From the human T2T-CHM13v2.0 reference genome, Homo sapiens: DNA of 64,000 nucleotides. Shown piece by piece: positions 25,380 through 39,644 of the stretch. The translations under genes were made by a program, and so were the position numbers. Under the pieces are notes generated by a model that was not told the origin of the DNA, made no database searches, and was given only the letters and a program-made list of their open reading frames with translations. Location of the stretch: assembly GCF_009914755.1 (NCBI RefSeq), contig NC_060934.1. One strand, written 5' to 3'. Positions within the stretch are counted from its first letter, which is position 1. Each line of letters begins with the position of its first letter.

Positions 25380-25900
25380 GCCCATGAAAATATGCTGTAA
25401 ATGAGTGCATCTGCCCTTTGATCTTAACCCTTCTCATTCCTTCTGCAGCAATATTTTTTCCTAAATGAAAAGCTCCTTCATTAGCAAAGCATATGTGACA
25501 ACTAGCACACAGAAAACTCCAACACATCCTCTCCACAAAGCTCAGTGAAAACAATTGGAGTTATGGGCTCATATTTGCATACAGAAGTCTTGGCATTTCA
25601 ACTCGTATTTCAAGGGCTGGGGGGGTAAATAAACAGGAACACCCGTGCCTTCCACAAATAATGGAAAGACAAAGACGGTGCAGAGATTGTCAGAGCCCTG
25701 AATACCTCCCTTAGAACTCAATGGAAAAAGGAAAAAGAAAGAAGAAAGAGAATGTGATGACAAAAATGTAATTATTTCTACATCCAATTTAAAGGAAAGA
25801 CAATCATTTGAGCATCATAAATGCACACTGAGCTATGATTTCATATTTGCATCAAAGTCCGCCATTCTTTTTAGAGCTTCTCAACAATTTCTGCAAAGAC
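25380..25900. promoter_or_regulatory. Candidate enhancer with TCF/LEF, SOX and two octamer motifs
   Basis: CCTTTGATC 25415-25423; AACAAT 25550-25555; TCATATTTGCAT at 25569 and 25841; ATCAAAG 25851-25857. No recognisable repeat. Confidence 0.45.
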
Positions 25901-27049
25901 CAACCATTTTCAGGCATATCCGGTGCCAGGCACAGGCATATTCCAAGCTCAAACATGACTAAAAGAGTGTTTCATTCCTAAAGTATTTCTACCGGACATC
26001 TAAGGAGATGTCCCCCTCCCTTACCCTGATTTGGAAAGAAAGAATCTCATGCTGATGATAGGCTGCAGATCTTCCGACTTCTCATCTCTGTGGACCCAGA
26101 GATGTGTCTGGGATGGGGGAAGGAAATCGTCATTGTGGCTCTTAATGAAACCCATGAATTTCCCAGCCTTCTCTATCACCTGTAACTTTGCATATATCCA
26201 GATTGCTGTGTTAAGTTTGCATTCAGTGTTTCTAAATGGGAAAGCTGCCGTGAATATGGAACATTTCCTTCAGAAAGTCTTCTCTTTGCTACTTGGTACA
26301 GGGACCAACTGCCGGTTTTAATCCTATGCCCTCTGGGACCATGTAGAACTCTCTAAAATTGCAATCTGTACAACTCTTGGAATTTTTTAAGTACATAAAA
26401 AACAAATAAGGGTGACTTACAAGCTCTCGATTCCCTCCCTCACCTCCCCTACTCCCAGAATTTCAAAGATACCTATAGGAACTTCAGGGCAGAGGCGCAC
26501 TGGGGGAAGGCAGGAGCAGATGGCAGGAGGAGGAGGCTCCTCCCAGCCGTAGGCCTCAGCTGCAGGCTGCACATCCCTTATTATGACTTCCTCAGCTGGC
26601 AGGACATCTTTGTTCTCGTTCTCCCACTCTCCTAAGATGCAGAAGACGAGATGCCGTAATGTGTAAGGCAACACACATCCTGCTGCCTTCCTGGGAAGCT
26701 TATTGTTAAGCACTTTGTCTTAGTTATTTCAATGCAACCCAACTCTATAAATCCCTCAATGACATGGAAAGGGTCTGAAATGTAAGTACGTATGACTACG
26801 CGGAATATGTATCCCTATGTTAACACACAATGTCTTTCTGTGTGCCTGTTTTTTCCTTTGGAAAATATTTTATGTTTAGGACACCACACAGCTGTAGTGA
26901 TGTGTTATTTCATCATCACCTTAGCGACAGATGCTCGAGTTTCTTGAATCAAATCCTTACAGTGACCAGGACATTCCCAGACCGCCAGTTTCGGCCTCCT
27001 TCTTGTCTTCCTGAGGCTTCCCAGGAAGGAACCAAATAGGTTTTAATTT

Positions 27050-27172
27050 ATGGTTATTTATTTATTTATTATTTATTTTTATTGAGGTTCTACATGGATA
27101 ACATAGCATTTAGCATTTGAACCATTGCGAAGTATATTATTCAGTGGCATTAAGTACATCCACATCGTTGTG
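27050..27172 (-). mobile_element. L1MB-type 3'-end fragment with (TTTA)n tail
   Basis: tttatttattatttatttttattgagg...ttcagtggcattaagtacatccacatcgttgtg. Confidence 0.75.
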
Positions 27173-27174
27173 AT

Positions 27175-28020
27175 TCAGTGTCAACTATGTCCACCATCAA
27201 CTCCACACTGAGCCTGGCCCTGGGGCAGGCTGACAATAGAGCAAGGACTCAGTCCACACCTTGGTCTTCTCGCGAGTAGATAGGGCTTAGACCTAGGAAT
27301 GCTGGTTTCTGAATGGTATTAAGAAGAGAAGCAGAGGGCAAGAGGGAAGGTGGTTGGGGAGGATCCCTCTCGGGAGCGGCCATTTGCCTGGGACACAAAA
27401 GAGGAGAAACCAGCCTTGCCAGGGTCTAGAGGAATTACGTCCAGCGGCCACTGTTGGAACAGCCAAGGGCAAGGGGGTATTAGCAGCCGCTTATATGACC
27501 TGCTTTATGTGTTGCTAAGATCACTCTGGCCTCTGTGGGAGAAGAAGGGGCTCAGAGTAAAAGGAGAGTGTGTGTGTCTCAGAAGCTCTTCCAGGCGTCC
27601 AGAGGAGAATGGAGTGGCTGGAATCAGTCTGGTGGAGGTAGAAGTAGAAATGTGCATAAAGTCAGAACAGGACTTGCTGTTGGATTGGAATGAAGCAAGA
27701 CAGAAAGAGAGACGCGACAGATGCCTCCTGGGTTTTAGGCCTCAACAACAGAATAAATGGCAGTGCCGTTTACTGAGTGTAAGGGGTAGGGAGGGGAGAA
27801 GAGTGAAGGAGGGAAATATTTTTATGGAGAGGGAAGCAAAAATCAAGAAGTTTGGGGCAGGCAGAATTTGCCGGGCTTGTCAACATTCCGCTGGAGACAT
27901 TGGGCCAGCAGGTGGCCCTGAGATTCCAGTGCTGGATGGGGAAGCAGGGATGGTTCTACACAATCACTGGACTATAGAGAGTGTTCAAAACCACAGGACA
28001 TACAGCATTGCCTAGGAGAA
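27175..28020 (-). mobile_element. L2 LINE fragment
   Basis: taagatcactctggcctctgtg, aacaggacttgctgttggattgga and atggcagtgccgtttactgag are antisense L2 hallmarks. ORF 27350..28015 is incidental. Confidence 0.75.
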
Positions 28021-28170
28021 CCACCAGTGCCTTTGTAAAGGGCCCAGAATCAGGACATCCTGGCTTGTGGCCCTAGATAAGTCCCTACTCTGTTTCCCAT
28101 CTACAGAGCAGGAAGGGCATCTTCAGGCCATGCCATGCTCTTTGTCAGCTACAGCATTCAAGGGCTGTTA

Positions 28171-28333
28171 ATTTCTTTTTCTTCTAAGAGACAGGGTCTC
28201 ACTCTGTTGCTCAGGCTAGAGTGCTGTAGCATGATCACAGCTCACTGCAGCCTCAACTCCCGGGCTCAGGGTACCCTCCTTCCTCAGCTTCCCGAGTAGC
28301 TGGGACTATAGATACCCACCACCATGCCCAGCC
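28171..28333 (-). mobile_element. Alu monomer (FRAM or truncated AluJ right arm)
   Basis: gagacagggtctcactctgttgctcaggctagagtgc...gtagctgggactatagatacccaccaccatgcccagcc. Confidence 0.9.
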
Positions 28334-29144
28334 TCAAAGTCTCTTTGTAAATCTCCTTCCCAGAGCCTCATCCTTCATGCACAAGGATGTCTCTGTGCCA
28401 TCTGGATGGTGCTCCGGCGGGAGGCGGTCATCTAGAAGGCCACCATTGCTCTTGAAACTTCCCACTGACAGAGTGCGTCCCTGGGAAGAGAAAGAGGCCA
28501 GTGTTCTTGTAGGAAAACAATTTTTCTGTCTTGTTCTTGAAGAATATTGTGATTGTGGGCGACAGCAGCAGGGGGGCTTAGGGGTGGGGAGGGGGAAGCT
28601 GACAAGACCGGGTCAGAAAGTATTACTTCTCAAAAATGTTTTCAGTGGCTTGAGGTCTGGGTCATCACTGTCTTCCTCTAAAACTTCCCTCTGCCTCCTC
28701 CATCCAGCGTGTTCTCCAATCTCTCTTGGTTCCCCGGGGACTATTAACAGTGAGCCAGTAAGATAAGCAGGGAGCGAGTTGGAAGCAAATCAATCTCAGA
28801 GTTTATTAAAAAACTGGCTATTGCAGAATATTTTTTAACTCCTCCGGGAAAATACTTCCAACAACCATATAAATCCCCTTGGCCTTTGGCTCTGAGCAAA
28901 CATACCGCAGATTCAAAAATGAACTTGCGTTTAAGCTGGCTGGGCTTTCGTGCGTCCCATCCATTACTACCACATTGATACGTGTTCAATCGAAAGAAGG
29001 TTTAGAAAAGTGGAAAACAGTTTTCACCTAAGTTTTTTTGTTTCTGTTTTTCATGTTATTTCTTTTGGTATTGACTGATATCTTTCTAATTGATGAGATA
29101 GTCCCTGAGCTGGAAGGAAGGAATAGGATGGGGTCAAACAGATG

Positions 29145-29571
<427 letters not shown>

Positions 29572-29860
29572 TTATTATTATTTTTTGAGACAGGGTCTCA
29601 CCCTGTTGCCCAGGCTGGAGTGCAGTAGCATGATCATGGCTTACTGCAGCCTCGACCTTCTGGACTCAAGGGATCCTCCCACCTCAGTATCTGGGACTAC
29701 AGGTGAGCACCACCATACTTGGCTAATTTTTTGTGTTTTTTGTAGAGATGGTGTCTCCTTATGTTGGCCAGGCTGGTCTCGAACTGCTGGGCTCAAGTGC
29801 TGCACCCACCTTGGCCTCCCAAAGTGCTGGAATTACAGGCATGAGCCACTGCTCCCAGCC
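29572..29860 (-). mobile_element. AluJ
   Basis: J diagnostics gagacagggtctcac, gatcatggcttactgcagcctcgacc, ctgggctcaagtg. Confidence 0.92.
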
Positions 29861-30639
29861 AATAATTATTATTATTTGCAGCAGTATTGCTAACAGTAGC
29901 TACAATCCTCAGAATTTCCCTGTCTCCCAAACTGAATGTAGGAGATTCATTTGCTCATGAAATAGAATCACTGATTTTTCAAAAGTTTCCTTACAATGAA
30001 TATCGTTTCAAGAACAACGTTTGGTCCTGGAGATTGGGCTGATATTAGCAGAAAAGGATAGTACACAAATCAGAATCTGACATCACGTGGCCCAAGGGCA
30101 CAGCTCTCATTCTGTGGTGAGCAAGACCAGGGGAGGGCATACAGGACCACACTCATCCCAGACCCTGGGATGAGTATTCAGAGCCCTTCCTCCCAGTGGT
30201 CCCTCAGCACTGTTCTCCCCTACCCCATGCAGGCCCTGGGCTTCAGCTCTGTGGGCGGAGTCTGATGGAAAGCTGGCCCAGCCATAGGCCAGGCGATGAG
30301 CAGTCACCATGTGCCAAACATTGTTCCCAGTGCCACAGGCCAGCTGTGCTGTGGCAAAGGTACACACCGTTCTTCAGATGAGATATGTTAGTGAGGAATG
30401 GCAGGATGTTCTTAAACCAGGGAGATTTGCATTGGCCCTGCAGGCTCCAACAGGCAGCTATGGAAAAGGATCTTGGAAGAGAGAAAAAGGGTGACTGACA
30501 AGGAGTTAGCTTCAGCTGGACAGAACCCCAGCTCCCCAGCACCTGCAGGGAGGCACACACAGATGCCTCCCCTGTGCGGAAGGGTCCTATTGAATTCACG
30601 GACTCAGAGAGCGCCTCCAATGCACCGCTCCGGGTGTCA

Positions 30640-31190
30640 GGACTACAGTGCAGAGCAAGGCAGACAACACCCCCTCGGGATGGATTAGGTAGGTGGGGGA
30701 AGGCTGGAGACAAACACCAAAGTAAGAAACAAGTCAACAACATGTCTCTTAGACTCGAGTTTTGAGATAGCCATAAAGTCAAGGAATGTGATGTGGACTT
30801 TGAGAGTGCCACTCGGGGGTCAGGGAGGCCTCTCTGCAGACTCGAGTGTCCAGGAAAGTCCAGGGGCTCTGTGGGATGGGGAAAGGAGCAGCAGGGACAA
30901 CTCGACTTGTTTCAGGAACAAAAAGAACCAAGGAAACCGCTGTATGGGGGCATGAGAGGGCTCGGGGTCCAAATGAGATGACGGGGGAGGCTGAGCAGGA
31001 GTTTGCTTTTACTGGAAGTGGAGTGGAAGCCAGGGAGAGTTTTAAGCTTTGGCACAACAGGACCTGATTAACATTTGGAAGAAGGGATCTCAACTTCCCC
31101 TTGGAGAGTGGGCAGCGGAGGAGCCACAGTTGGGCTCTGGTTAGGAAGACGTGGAGGTTGATCTTGAGAGAGCCTCCTGGGACTGGCGGC
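30640..31190 (-). mobile_element. L2 LINE fragment
   Basis: gggtcagggaggcctctctg, aggagtttgcttttact...gggagagttttaagc, antisense L2 pattern. Confidence 0.6.
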
Positions 31191-34100
31191 TTCATGGACA
31201 AAATGCGAATAATGAGCGCTCCCAAAGACCCGGCCAGGGCCATGCCTGTGTTGCACGTATGTGCAGAAATGTAACTGAGGCCTGTAGCTCCCTCCCGCAC
31301 CTGAGTGGCTTCCTGCACGTCCTTTGAGAAGTCACTGTGATTGTTTCCTCAGCACGTTTGGAGGAGCTCCTCCGGTGGGGCTGATGGGTTATTCAGAGCC
31401 TACTAATTACTCAGCATGTGCCATGGGAACCCTGTGTGCAGGATCTTAATCTAGGACAGTGCTGTGCCAGGTTCAGACGGTTCTTCCGGAGGGTCCTTAA
31501 CTCTACTGAACCACGAGGGACTCTTCGGTTTCCAGGGGGAATAATCCACCCAACCCAGCTCTGGCTGAGGGCATGAACTCCTTCTCTTTCTCATTTATCC
31601 TGGAGGGGTAATATTAATATACTTGATTCCTTTACGAGTCAGTGAATGTTAAACTCTAACCTGTTCTAGTATATTCCACTTTGAATGTCACTATCAGGCT
31701 ATTCTACACAGAGGTGGGATGGCACGTTCAGGAACTGGTGACACCCCTTTAAAATGCCACTTGTTATTTCTTAGGATAGTTTCCGAACAGCCAGATCTTC
31801 AGGCAAATCACTGAGCTAAAAAATAAACAATGGACATTTTTCACTGGTATTATACTGAACATGTTGCTTTTACAATTTAATTAAAATCACATACCAGTAG
31901 CGTGCTTGAACCCAATCACCATTTTTACAGATCTACACTGAAAAAAATTAACATTTACATCTTTTATCAGTTTACTTAAGAAAAAAAAATCACATTGTAC
32001 TAAATGAAAAAAAAAAATCGAGCCTAGACATTTCTCTGCTTTCCACTGAGAAAAATTTCTCCAAAATGAAAGATTTTATAGAAAGATTTATTTTAAAAGT
32101 GCAATTATTATGCATAAAAGGATGATTATGTTATCTGGGCCCTTCCTAAACATTGAGCCCTTTGATAATTAATTTTAACATGAAATTAAGCTGCATATGT
32201 AAATTTTTACCAATGGCAAAAAGCACAGACTAGATTTAAAATAATCAATAATTTGCAATATACATTCATTCTTTACAGAGTGTAAAAATATGCATTTTGT
32301 TTTGATTTGGATTAAATAACAGGAATACTTTGTTTCCAAATGAAATAGACTTCAGACAGGCTCATTTTGTTCATATTGCTGGCCTGTAAAATCTTGCATG
32401 TAAGTATAAAAGAACAGATCAAGTAAGCCTTTCCCCACATCAAAAACCTAGAATAATGTTGAAATTCCGGCAAAAATCAAAAAAAGGTTTTAATTCATGT
32501 ACCACTCACAATCTGCCACTATAAAAATATATAAAAACCTCTTGATAAATTACAACAGACTTGTGGAAGTTGCACATATTGATTAAAACATCAAGCAGTT
32601 ACATACAAACCAGTAATGAATTACTTCATGCTGGAAGATAAAACTTTGTGATATTTAAAATTACAGACTTGAAAGTAAGTAAAATTACCCCTAATTATGC
32701 AGAAGGGAGCAACACCTTAGCAGTAAACAAGATAAGCACCTCAAACAGCACTAATAATTTTAATTAACATTTTCTAGTTTCCTTTCTCCTCGTTTCAAGG
32801 TCACCTACTCCCTCTTCAAGGAATAGCATTACAGCTGCTATGTTGCAAACTTCCGCGGCATTCCTTATCCCCAGGATTAAGCAACAAGAATGTTTTATAA
32901 GACTGATTTTTAAGAAGAAGTAATTGTGCACAAAAGTAAATATTGAATCATGGCAGCCCGTTAGCAACGATTTAAAAATGAATTGCAAATCTAATTTTCC
33001 ATTCTTGTTATGATTGTAACTTTGTCTTTACTAAGTCCCTCGATTTGAATTATGAAATATGTCTGAACTGTTGAATATTCAGATTATAATCCAAGTAGAG
33101 AAGAGTTTAGCTACCAATGCAGCATTTGAACTTCATGCATAACATGACCTATCTACATAGTATTTATATTCTCTGTTGAGTACTGATTAATATATTCATT
33201 TGTTCAAGATTTATGATTTTGCTAAACTGTTTTCTCTCTTTTGTAAATTAAGAAACCAGTAACTATAAGGCTTTGTTATATCAATGGGTTTGTTCCATTC
33301 CACAAATTTAATGTACAGGGTCACTCGGAATATAATGTGTAGTGAAAGAATCTCATTAGGCTAAAATGAATGTAAAATGTGTCAATTTGATCCAAATGAG
33401 AACTGTAGTAAAACCATGTTTGATGTTCATGTGTAATAAATCTTTAACATTTGTCTGTAAAGTATTAGAGAACCCATAGGGAAATCTGTGTTTGTGATAG
33501 GGGCACGTTTCCCATGGTTTTTCTCTATTATTCTTTGTTGGCATTTAGCATATGGAAGTAAAAAGTGAAAATCTAAGATGGGGGTTATTAACTGTGATTC
33601 TAAAGTAAATAGAAAATGTGCCTTAATGCTAGTTAAAGCACTTTAGAAAAAAATAAGAATAATTTTTAGAAATAAGAAAAGTAAACCTTTGAAGACACTT
33701 TCATTACGCATTTAGAGAAATACTACCGAGAGTCCTTCAATTTCAAACTCGGGAACAGTGCCAGATTTAATCTATGTTTGCCTTGAGTGTCTTTTAGTTT
33801 TAGATTTGATTTTGGGAATGTTTTAATGTTTTCACTTTTGTTGAAGATGTGATGACCATTATCTTTCCAATTCATTTTTATCTTGATATATTCATATTGT
33901 TAATTACTGTTGTATTTCAATTTTCTCCCTAGTATTTTTGTTCCTTCGTAATGGCTTCATGGTTCACTGGACCGAAATGACTAAAATGAAAGATTTCCAA
34001 GATTTCTTCTGGGAGTAATTTACAAAAGACCACCCTTTTTTAATTGCTCCTCGTGTTTAGTACTGGATGTCTGCTTCAGAGAGAAATCAATCTCCGTCTT

Positions 34101-36129
34101 TTAGGTGCCATACTGAGCACATCATCATCTTTTTAAAAAATCTTGATAATTAAATCATTTTTTCTTGAATTACTTAAACATTTTTCTTTCTATCTGATTT
34201 CTTTAGCAGTTTAGAGCATAACAGTACACTTAGTATCTCTGTTTACATTAATTTAATTCATTTCTGGCAGAAGTTCATTTTGCACTTTAATGCAGTGAAA
34301 AATAGTAATAATCAGTGTGACATCAAAAATAATTAAGAGAAATAGCAAGATTTCCTCCATAGGAGAATTCTTCCTGTAGAAGAATGAAAGAAAATTAATT
34401 TCCCAGAGTTACTCTAATTAAAATCATCTGCAGAATCCCCAGTAAAAGAAAAAAGTTGAAAATTGACATGTCATCAATAAAAATCAGCTCACTAAAAAAA
34501 AAAAAGTCAATAAGTTAAAGATTTCATAGCATCATGGACAAGATCGGTGGAAACGTTTTGTCAAAAACCAATTTCTCGCTAGGCTCCATGCTAAGATTCT
34601 CCTAAAAGACAATCTCCCTCGTTTTTAGAAGTACCAACACGCACTCCTAGGAAATGTGCTGATTTCAAGGTCAAATTAACATGTTGCTGGAAAGGGAGAC
34701 TTCTTTACTACCTCTAACTAGATGTCCATTGTTGATGTGTTGCAGTGGAGCCAGTCCGGTAACTATTTTCTGTATGATGCAGTCACCCGTATTATAAAGG
34801 CTGTTGCAATCAATGACTAATATCCCTGCTTACTTCTGCAAAATTTTATTGTTGATGTTTATCCTGATTAAAAATGTCTGTGTTTAAAAAATATCAAGAT
34901 AAAACTATTGTTCTATATCCAAAGTATTAGTTACTGGCCAGTGTCCAAAAAAAGATAATTTCGCTCAGGTCGTAAGCCTAAATCCTGTAACTATTCTGTT
35001 GTTGGACAAGTCTGTTTTTCACTTTCAATTCATATCCAAAGAAGAGCTTGTCTGTGGTTTCCACTGGAGTTTAGACTACGTTACAGGACATTTTTTGTAT
35101 GAGATTTATTTTTCTAATTATGATTGGCTTTGATTAATATTAAACTCAGTTGCCATCTCCTGAGCCTGCATTGTGTTGGAAGGAGGCCCAGAAGCACTCT
35201 GGGAGTCAAAGGGAAGCCAGGCAGATATTTTACTGAGGAAAATTCAAGTACAGAAGCAGGGGCTATCTGGGATCCATTCTGTTTGAGAATCACAGTTCTG
35301 GAAACAGGCTCTAGAAGAAGCCTGGTATAATCTGTCAAACAGGGGTAGCCTCCACTGGGCTCTGTGCATCAGCTTTGGTAGGCTCTCCCCACACTCAGAG
35401 GGAGACTCACAGTCAAGCTATGAAATCTGCAGCGTCGGGGCTCTGACTCACAGGGTCCCCTTGCAAAACCTTGGGAGTTTCCATAGCAGAGTGTATTTGT
35501 TATTTGAAGAGCCTCAAAAATCACATATGCTTTCAACTCTCTGAGAAAACGGACTCATTCTGTCTATTGTGAAGAGTACAGATTTGTTTTTTAATTTTCA
35601 TTTTATGTGGCCCATAAAAGTTTGAATTAAAAACAGCCTTTTATTCTACTTGAAGGCAAGTGAAGGAAGAGAGCACTCCTCTCCCCAGAGGACCAATTCA
35701 CTCTCTTAACCCAAGAGGCAGCTTGGGATGGAACTCCGGAAAAGAGCAAGATCCCAGATGTGACATCTTCTGAATTATCCTCACCGTGCCCCGTACATCC
35801 AGGCCTTCCTTCCAATTTCCCCAGGCAGCTGTAGCCACTAATCTGGGACCACCATCGATGTTCCTAATCCACCTCCCCTGCTGTCCTTGCCTCCCTTCCC
35901 TGACTCCATTTCCAACCCCCTCCACAGTCCATCACCATTGTATTTTTTTGCCTGATTAATGTTTCCACAAAACATGTCATTCCTCTGATGAGACCTCAAT
36001 GCATAGTTATAGAGGACGGTTTCCTAAGCTGGCACTCAAGGCCCACCATAGCCCAGAGTGTGTCTCACCCAGCCGATGGTCTTTCTTTCCATATACACTG
36101 TATTCTAGGCAACTTGTACTGTAGATGAG

Positions 36130-36365
36130 TGCTATGATTAAGTCCAGCCTGAAAGACCTGGGCATGAATCACCCACCTGCCCTTTACTGAATTTGGAAGA
36201 GTTGCTTAGATTCCCTCATCTTCCATGTCAGTCTCTGTAAAATTGTGATAAAAATGGATCCCAGCCAGAGGGATTACTGTGAGCAGTGATGAAGGTGAAG
36301 TGTGCCAGGCTCCTGGCATAGAGCTTGGTACATGGAATAGGTGCTCAGTAAAAGCTCCTAATACT
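36130..36365 (+). mobile_element. MIR SINE
   Basis: gacctgggcatgaatc...ctgtaaaattgtgataaaaat...ttggtacatggaataggtgctcagtaaa. Confidence 0.7.
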
Positions 36366-36519
36366 GACCGTCTCCTGGGTGTTTGTGCCATCCTCATCTC
36401 AGTCATTCCTACCGTGTCAATTTATAGCGTGCTCTTCCCTGCCCTCACTTACCTGTCAAAATCCTTACCGTCCTCTGGACCTATCTATTAATTCTCCCAT
36501 ACTCCACTTTGTTGTTTTC

Positions 36520-36625
36520 TGGGCAGGACCCTGTCTCCATCACCTGTGAATCCCCAGGGCCAGCAGCATGCCCACGCAGAGCGTGTGCTTCACAAATTAG
36601 TGCTCAACAAATAAATGAAATGAAA
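36520..36625 (+). mobile_element. L2 3'-end fragment
   Basis: gggcaggaccctgtctccatcacctgtgaatccccagggccagcagcatgcc...caaataaatgaa. Confidence 0.65.
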
Positions 36626-38419
36626 TGTAATGTAACCTCCTCCCAGGAACCGTTGCTACCCCTCCCATCCAAAAGGGATCTCACCCGCCTCCAAGCTCGT
36701 ATAGAACATCTCTCTGTATCTCTAAGGTGGCGTCTCATACTTCCATCTTATAATTGGGGAGTTGAGCCACACACAAACACAGCCACAATAGATTGAACTC
36801 CTTGGGGGCAAAGGCTGTCTCAGCTGCTATGACAGAAGCATCCATGACGTTCATGGCAGACCCTAAAGGGTTATTTTGATGGAAGGTGTTCCTTGCTCCA
36901 TGTAATAGATCCAATTTAGCCAAGTGCTCCATCAAGCAAGCTTCTGATTCCCTGATTGACTTAATTTTAGATACACAACATTTGGCACAGATTACATGAG
37001 TGACTATTTAACCCCTAGATACCTAGATAAATTGTTGACGTTGTTTTGAAAATAATCTCCAAAACGAGTTATTTATTTTTTCTTTCTCCCGCCAGCACAA
37101 AGTTTAGAGTTAAGGTGATTTTTTTATGAGCTCCCCTCCCCCACGTTGTTCCAATCCTTATTCTTGCAGGTCTCTTTCCAGACATCTTTGCCCAGTAATA
37201 ATTATAGTGTGTTCCCAACCTAGCTGATGGCTGGTGTCCTCATTAAGGACCATTACCCTGAAAAGGGTGTTTATTGAACCTGGCAGAGTGCTGATATTTG
37301 TTAGACCCTGTCATATGGTTGATGGCGTTTAGTCAGAACTCATTCGGAAACAGGAGTGAGCTGTTCAAACTGGCACCGTCAGCAGGGACACGGAGGTGGG
37401 CTCAAGATGGCAGCACGAGTCTCCATGGTGCCTGCAGGCCAAGGAAGGCTGTTCCACCAGGTGGCCTGACTCCTCAGCTCCCTCCGCTCTGCATGCTGTT
37501 AACTGGATTTCTGTTGAGTGAGAGGTACTCAAACCAAGTTGATAGAAATTAAAGAAACAACGGTATGTTTGGATTTCACATCTACTTTTGTCCTACATGC
37601 TGGGATTGCTTTAAAAGGATTGCAACTAATTGAAGAATGGATACCACTGGGAAAAGGTATGTTGTCAGTGAAACCAGTAATTTAAATTCTTTATATAATG
37701 GCAAAAGATTGAGTTCACTAAGAGACAAAAAATTCATTATCTCTCTGGGAGATCTTACAAAGATAAAGATTTTTGTGTAAACAGCTACAATGCCTATACA
37801 TTAGTCATTGTACTCCTTAGAAAGATCTACATCATAGAGACTGGACAAAGACCAGCGCCCTGGGGTCAGTGCTGCTGCATTGAGTTTGGCTCCATAGCTC
37901 CCCACCAGCTGTGGAGGACCTGGGATAGGTTCGTCAGCGTTTCCCAGCTGCAAGTTTCTTTTCAGTTAAATTCATTGACTCCACTCATTTGTAAACATTT
38001 GTGGTTTGCTGGGCATAATGATGTGGGAAGACACAAACAAAAGGTGATTTCAGCTCTTAGAGGTGCTCTCAGTCCACAGAGGGAGGGCGAGCTTGTTTTG
38101 GGAAACATTTCTTGTGATGTATATAGTCTACTAATATGTGTAGAGACCTTGGATTATAGAAACACAAGAGCTGAAAGACCTAATTCTGCCCAGAGAGAAT
38201 GGACTCAAAGGGAAAACAATGGTTTCCATCCATAGCTGACACGTATTAAGTGTTTACTATGTCAGACCCTGAACTGAAAGTGTACTGACTTTATCTCGTT
38301 TAATTTGTTGAAACATGGTGGATTAATTCCATAAATCTTGAAGGAAGAGTTTTAGATGCCCAGAAGGAGAAGGACACTAACTGCAAAGAAAAGAACATAT
38401 GGAGAAGAACCAAAGCATG

Positions 38420-38900
38420 CATTTACTCATTCGTCCATTTATATCACAAATATTCTGGGAGCTTGGCATTGTGCCAGGTACTGAGATTATACTAAGAGAG
38501 AAAAACTGAGTCCCTGCACTCAGATGAACAAGGAGTCACTCAAACAAATGCAAAACACCCAGTCCAAAGACTCTGCTTGAATGGGACATTGTATTCTCTA
38601 CCAGAGACTATTTTAGGGATATTTAACCTGGATAGGGAGACCAGGAAAGACTTCCATGGGCGCCTGGAGGTGAAGTTAAGATCTGATGGAGAGGGGAGAG
38701 GAAAGAAGAAACCAGGTTAAGAAACACAGCAGGTATGAGGGCTGGGAAGAGGCCATGGAGGCTGAGAGAAAGCAAAGAGGAAGGTGAGGCTGGAAGGCTG
38801 GTGGTCAGAAGCTCCACCTTATAGCAGTGTGGCAGAGATACTGCAAGAGGCCAGCATGGATGCTGGTCACCAGCCAGGAGGACACTCTAGGGGTCCATGG
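38420..38900 (-). mobile_element. L2 LINE fragment
   Basis: catttactcattcgtccattt...tgtgccaggtactg...ccaggaaagacttcc...ggaggtgaagttaagatctga. Confidence 0.65.
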
Positions 38901-38964
38901 GGGGCATGTAGCAGGAAAGATGAAGGTGGACTTTCTGGAGAAGCAGAAGGCCCTCTGCCAGCCC

Positions 38965-39440
38965 CACTGTGGGTGGCACTTGGCTGCATGAGCCACATTA
39001 TAGAGGCTTCACCAAACCAGGTGGGGACATGTTTTTCTCATCAAGCTGGAAGGTTGGAAGCTGCTGTGCAGGATGGGAACAGTGGCTCTAGAATCGCACA
39101 ACACCCTTCTGGCCAGGACTCCATCCTGTGTGTCACTCACAACCACCTGAGGCTGCTCCACTTTTTGCCTCTTGTTCACGTTCCAGGAAGAAAAACAGAA
39201 GCAACTGAAGGACTGAAGCAGTCCTGGCTAGCACACATCTCTCAGACCCCCCAGTAGGGCTATCAAGCAGGATCATGTCCCCACACCATCCCCAGAAGCG
39301 AGGCGGCTAGGAAGGGACATCTATCACCTATTTTATCTCTAGCTTTTTGGCTGGGCACACTGTTGCCTCAATACACTTAGATTTTGTTAGTAAAGGAGAT
39401 AAGGAGTATGGATATTTGGTGGGTGATTAACAGTTTTTAA
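38965..39440 (-). mobile_element. Old MLT1-type MaLR LTR
   Basis: ggctgggcacactgttgcc...ttttgttagtaaaggagataaggagtatggatatttgg, the antisense MLT1J/K/L end. Confidence 0.6.
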
Positions 39441-39504
39441 TGCACCATGTTTTGCTGTATACACAGTGTGTGTTGCTGCCTAGTTATGTACATATTTGCT
39501 GGCT

Positions 39505-39637
39505 GTTTTCTCCCTCATGTGAACTCCAGGGGCTCGGGCAGTGTGCTTGTCTTGTTCATCATTGAATTCCCAGGACCCAGAGAAGAGCCCAGCACATAAT
39601 TGCTGTCTAATAAATATTTGTTGGATGAATAAATGAA
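39505..39637 (+). mobile_element. L2 3' end
   Basis: gtcttgttcatcattgaattcccagg...aataaatatttgttggatgaataaatgaa. Confidence 0.8.
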
Positions 39638-39644
39638 AGGCAAA

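Noticed and set aside
27350-28015. 221-aa ORF
   Set aside because: Lies on the antisense strand of an L2 fragment, has a non-ATG start and no recognisable domain.
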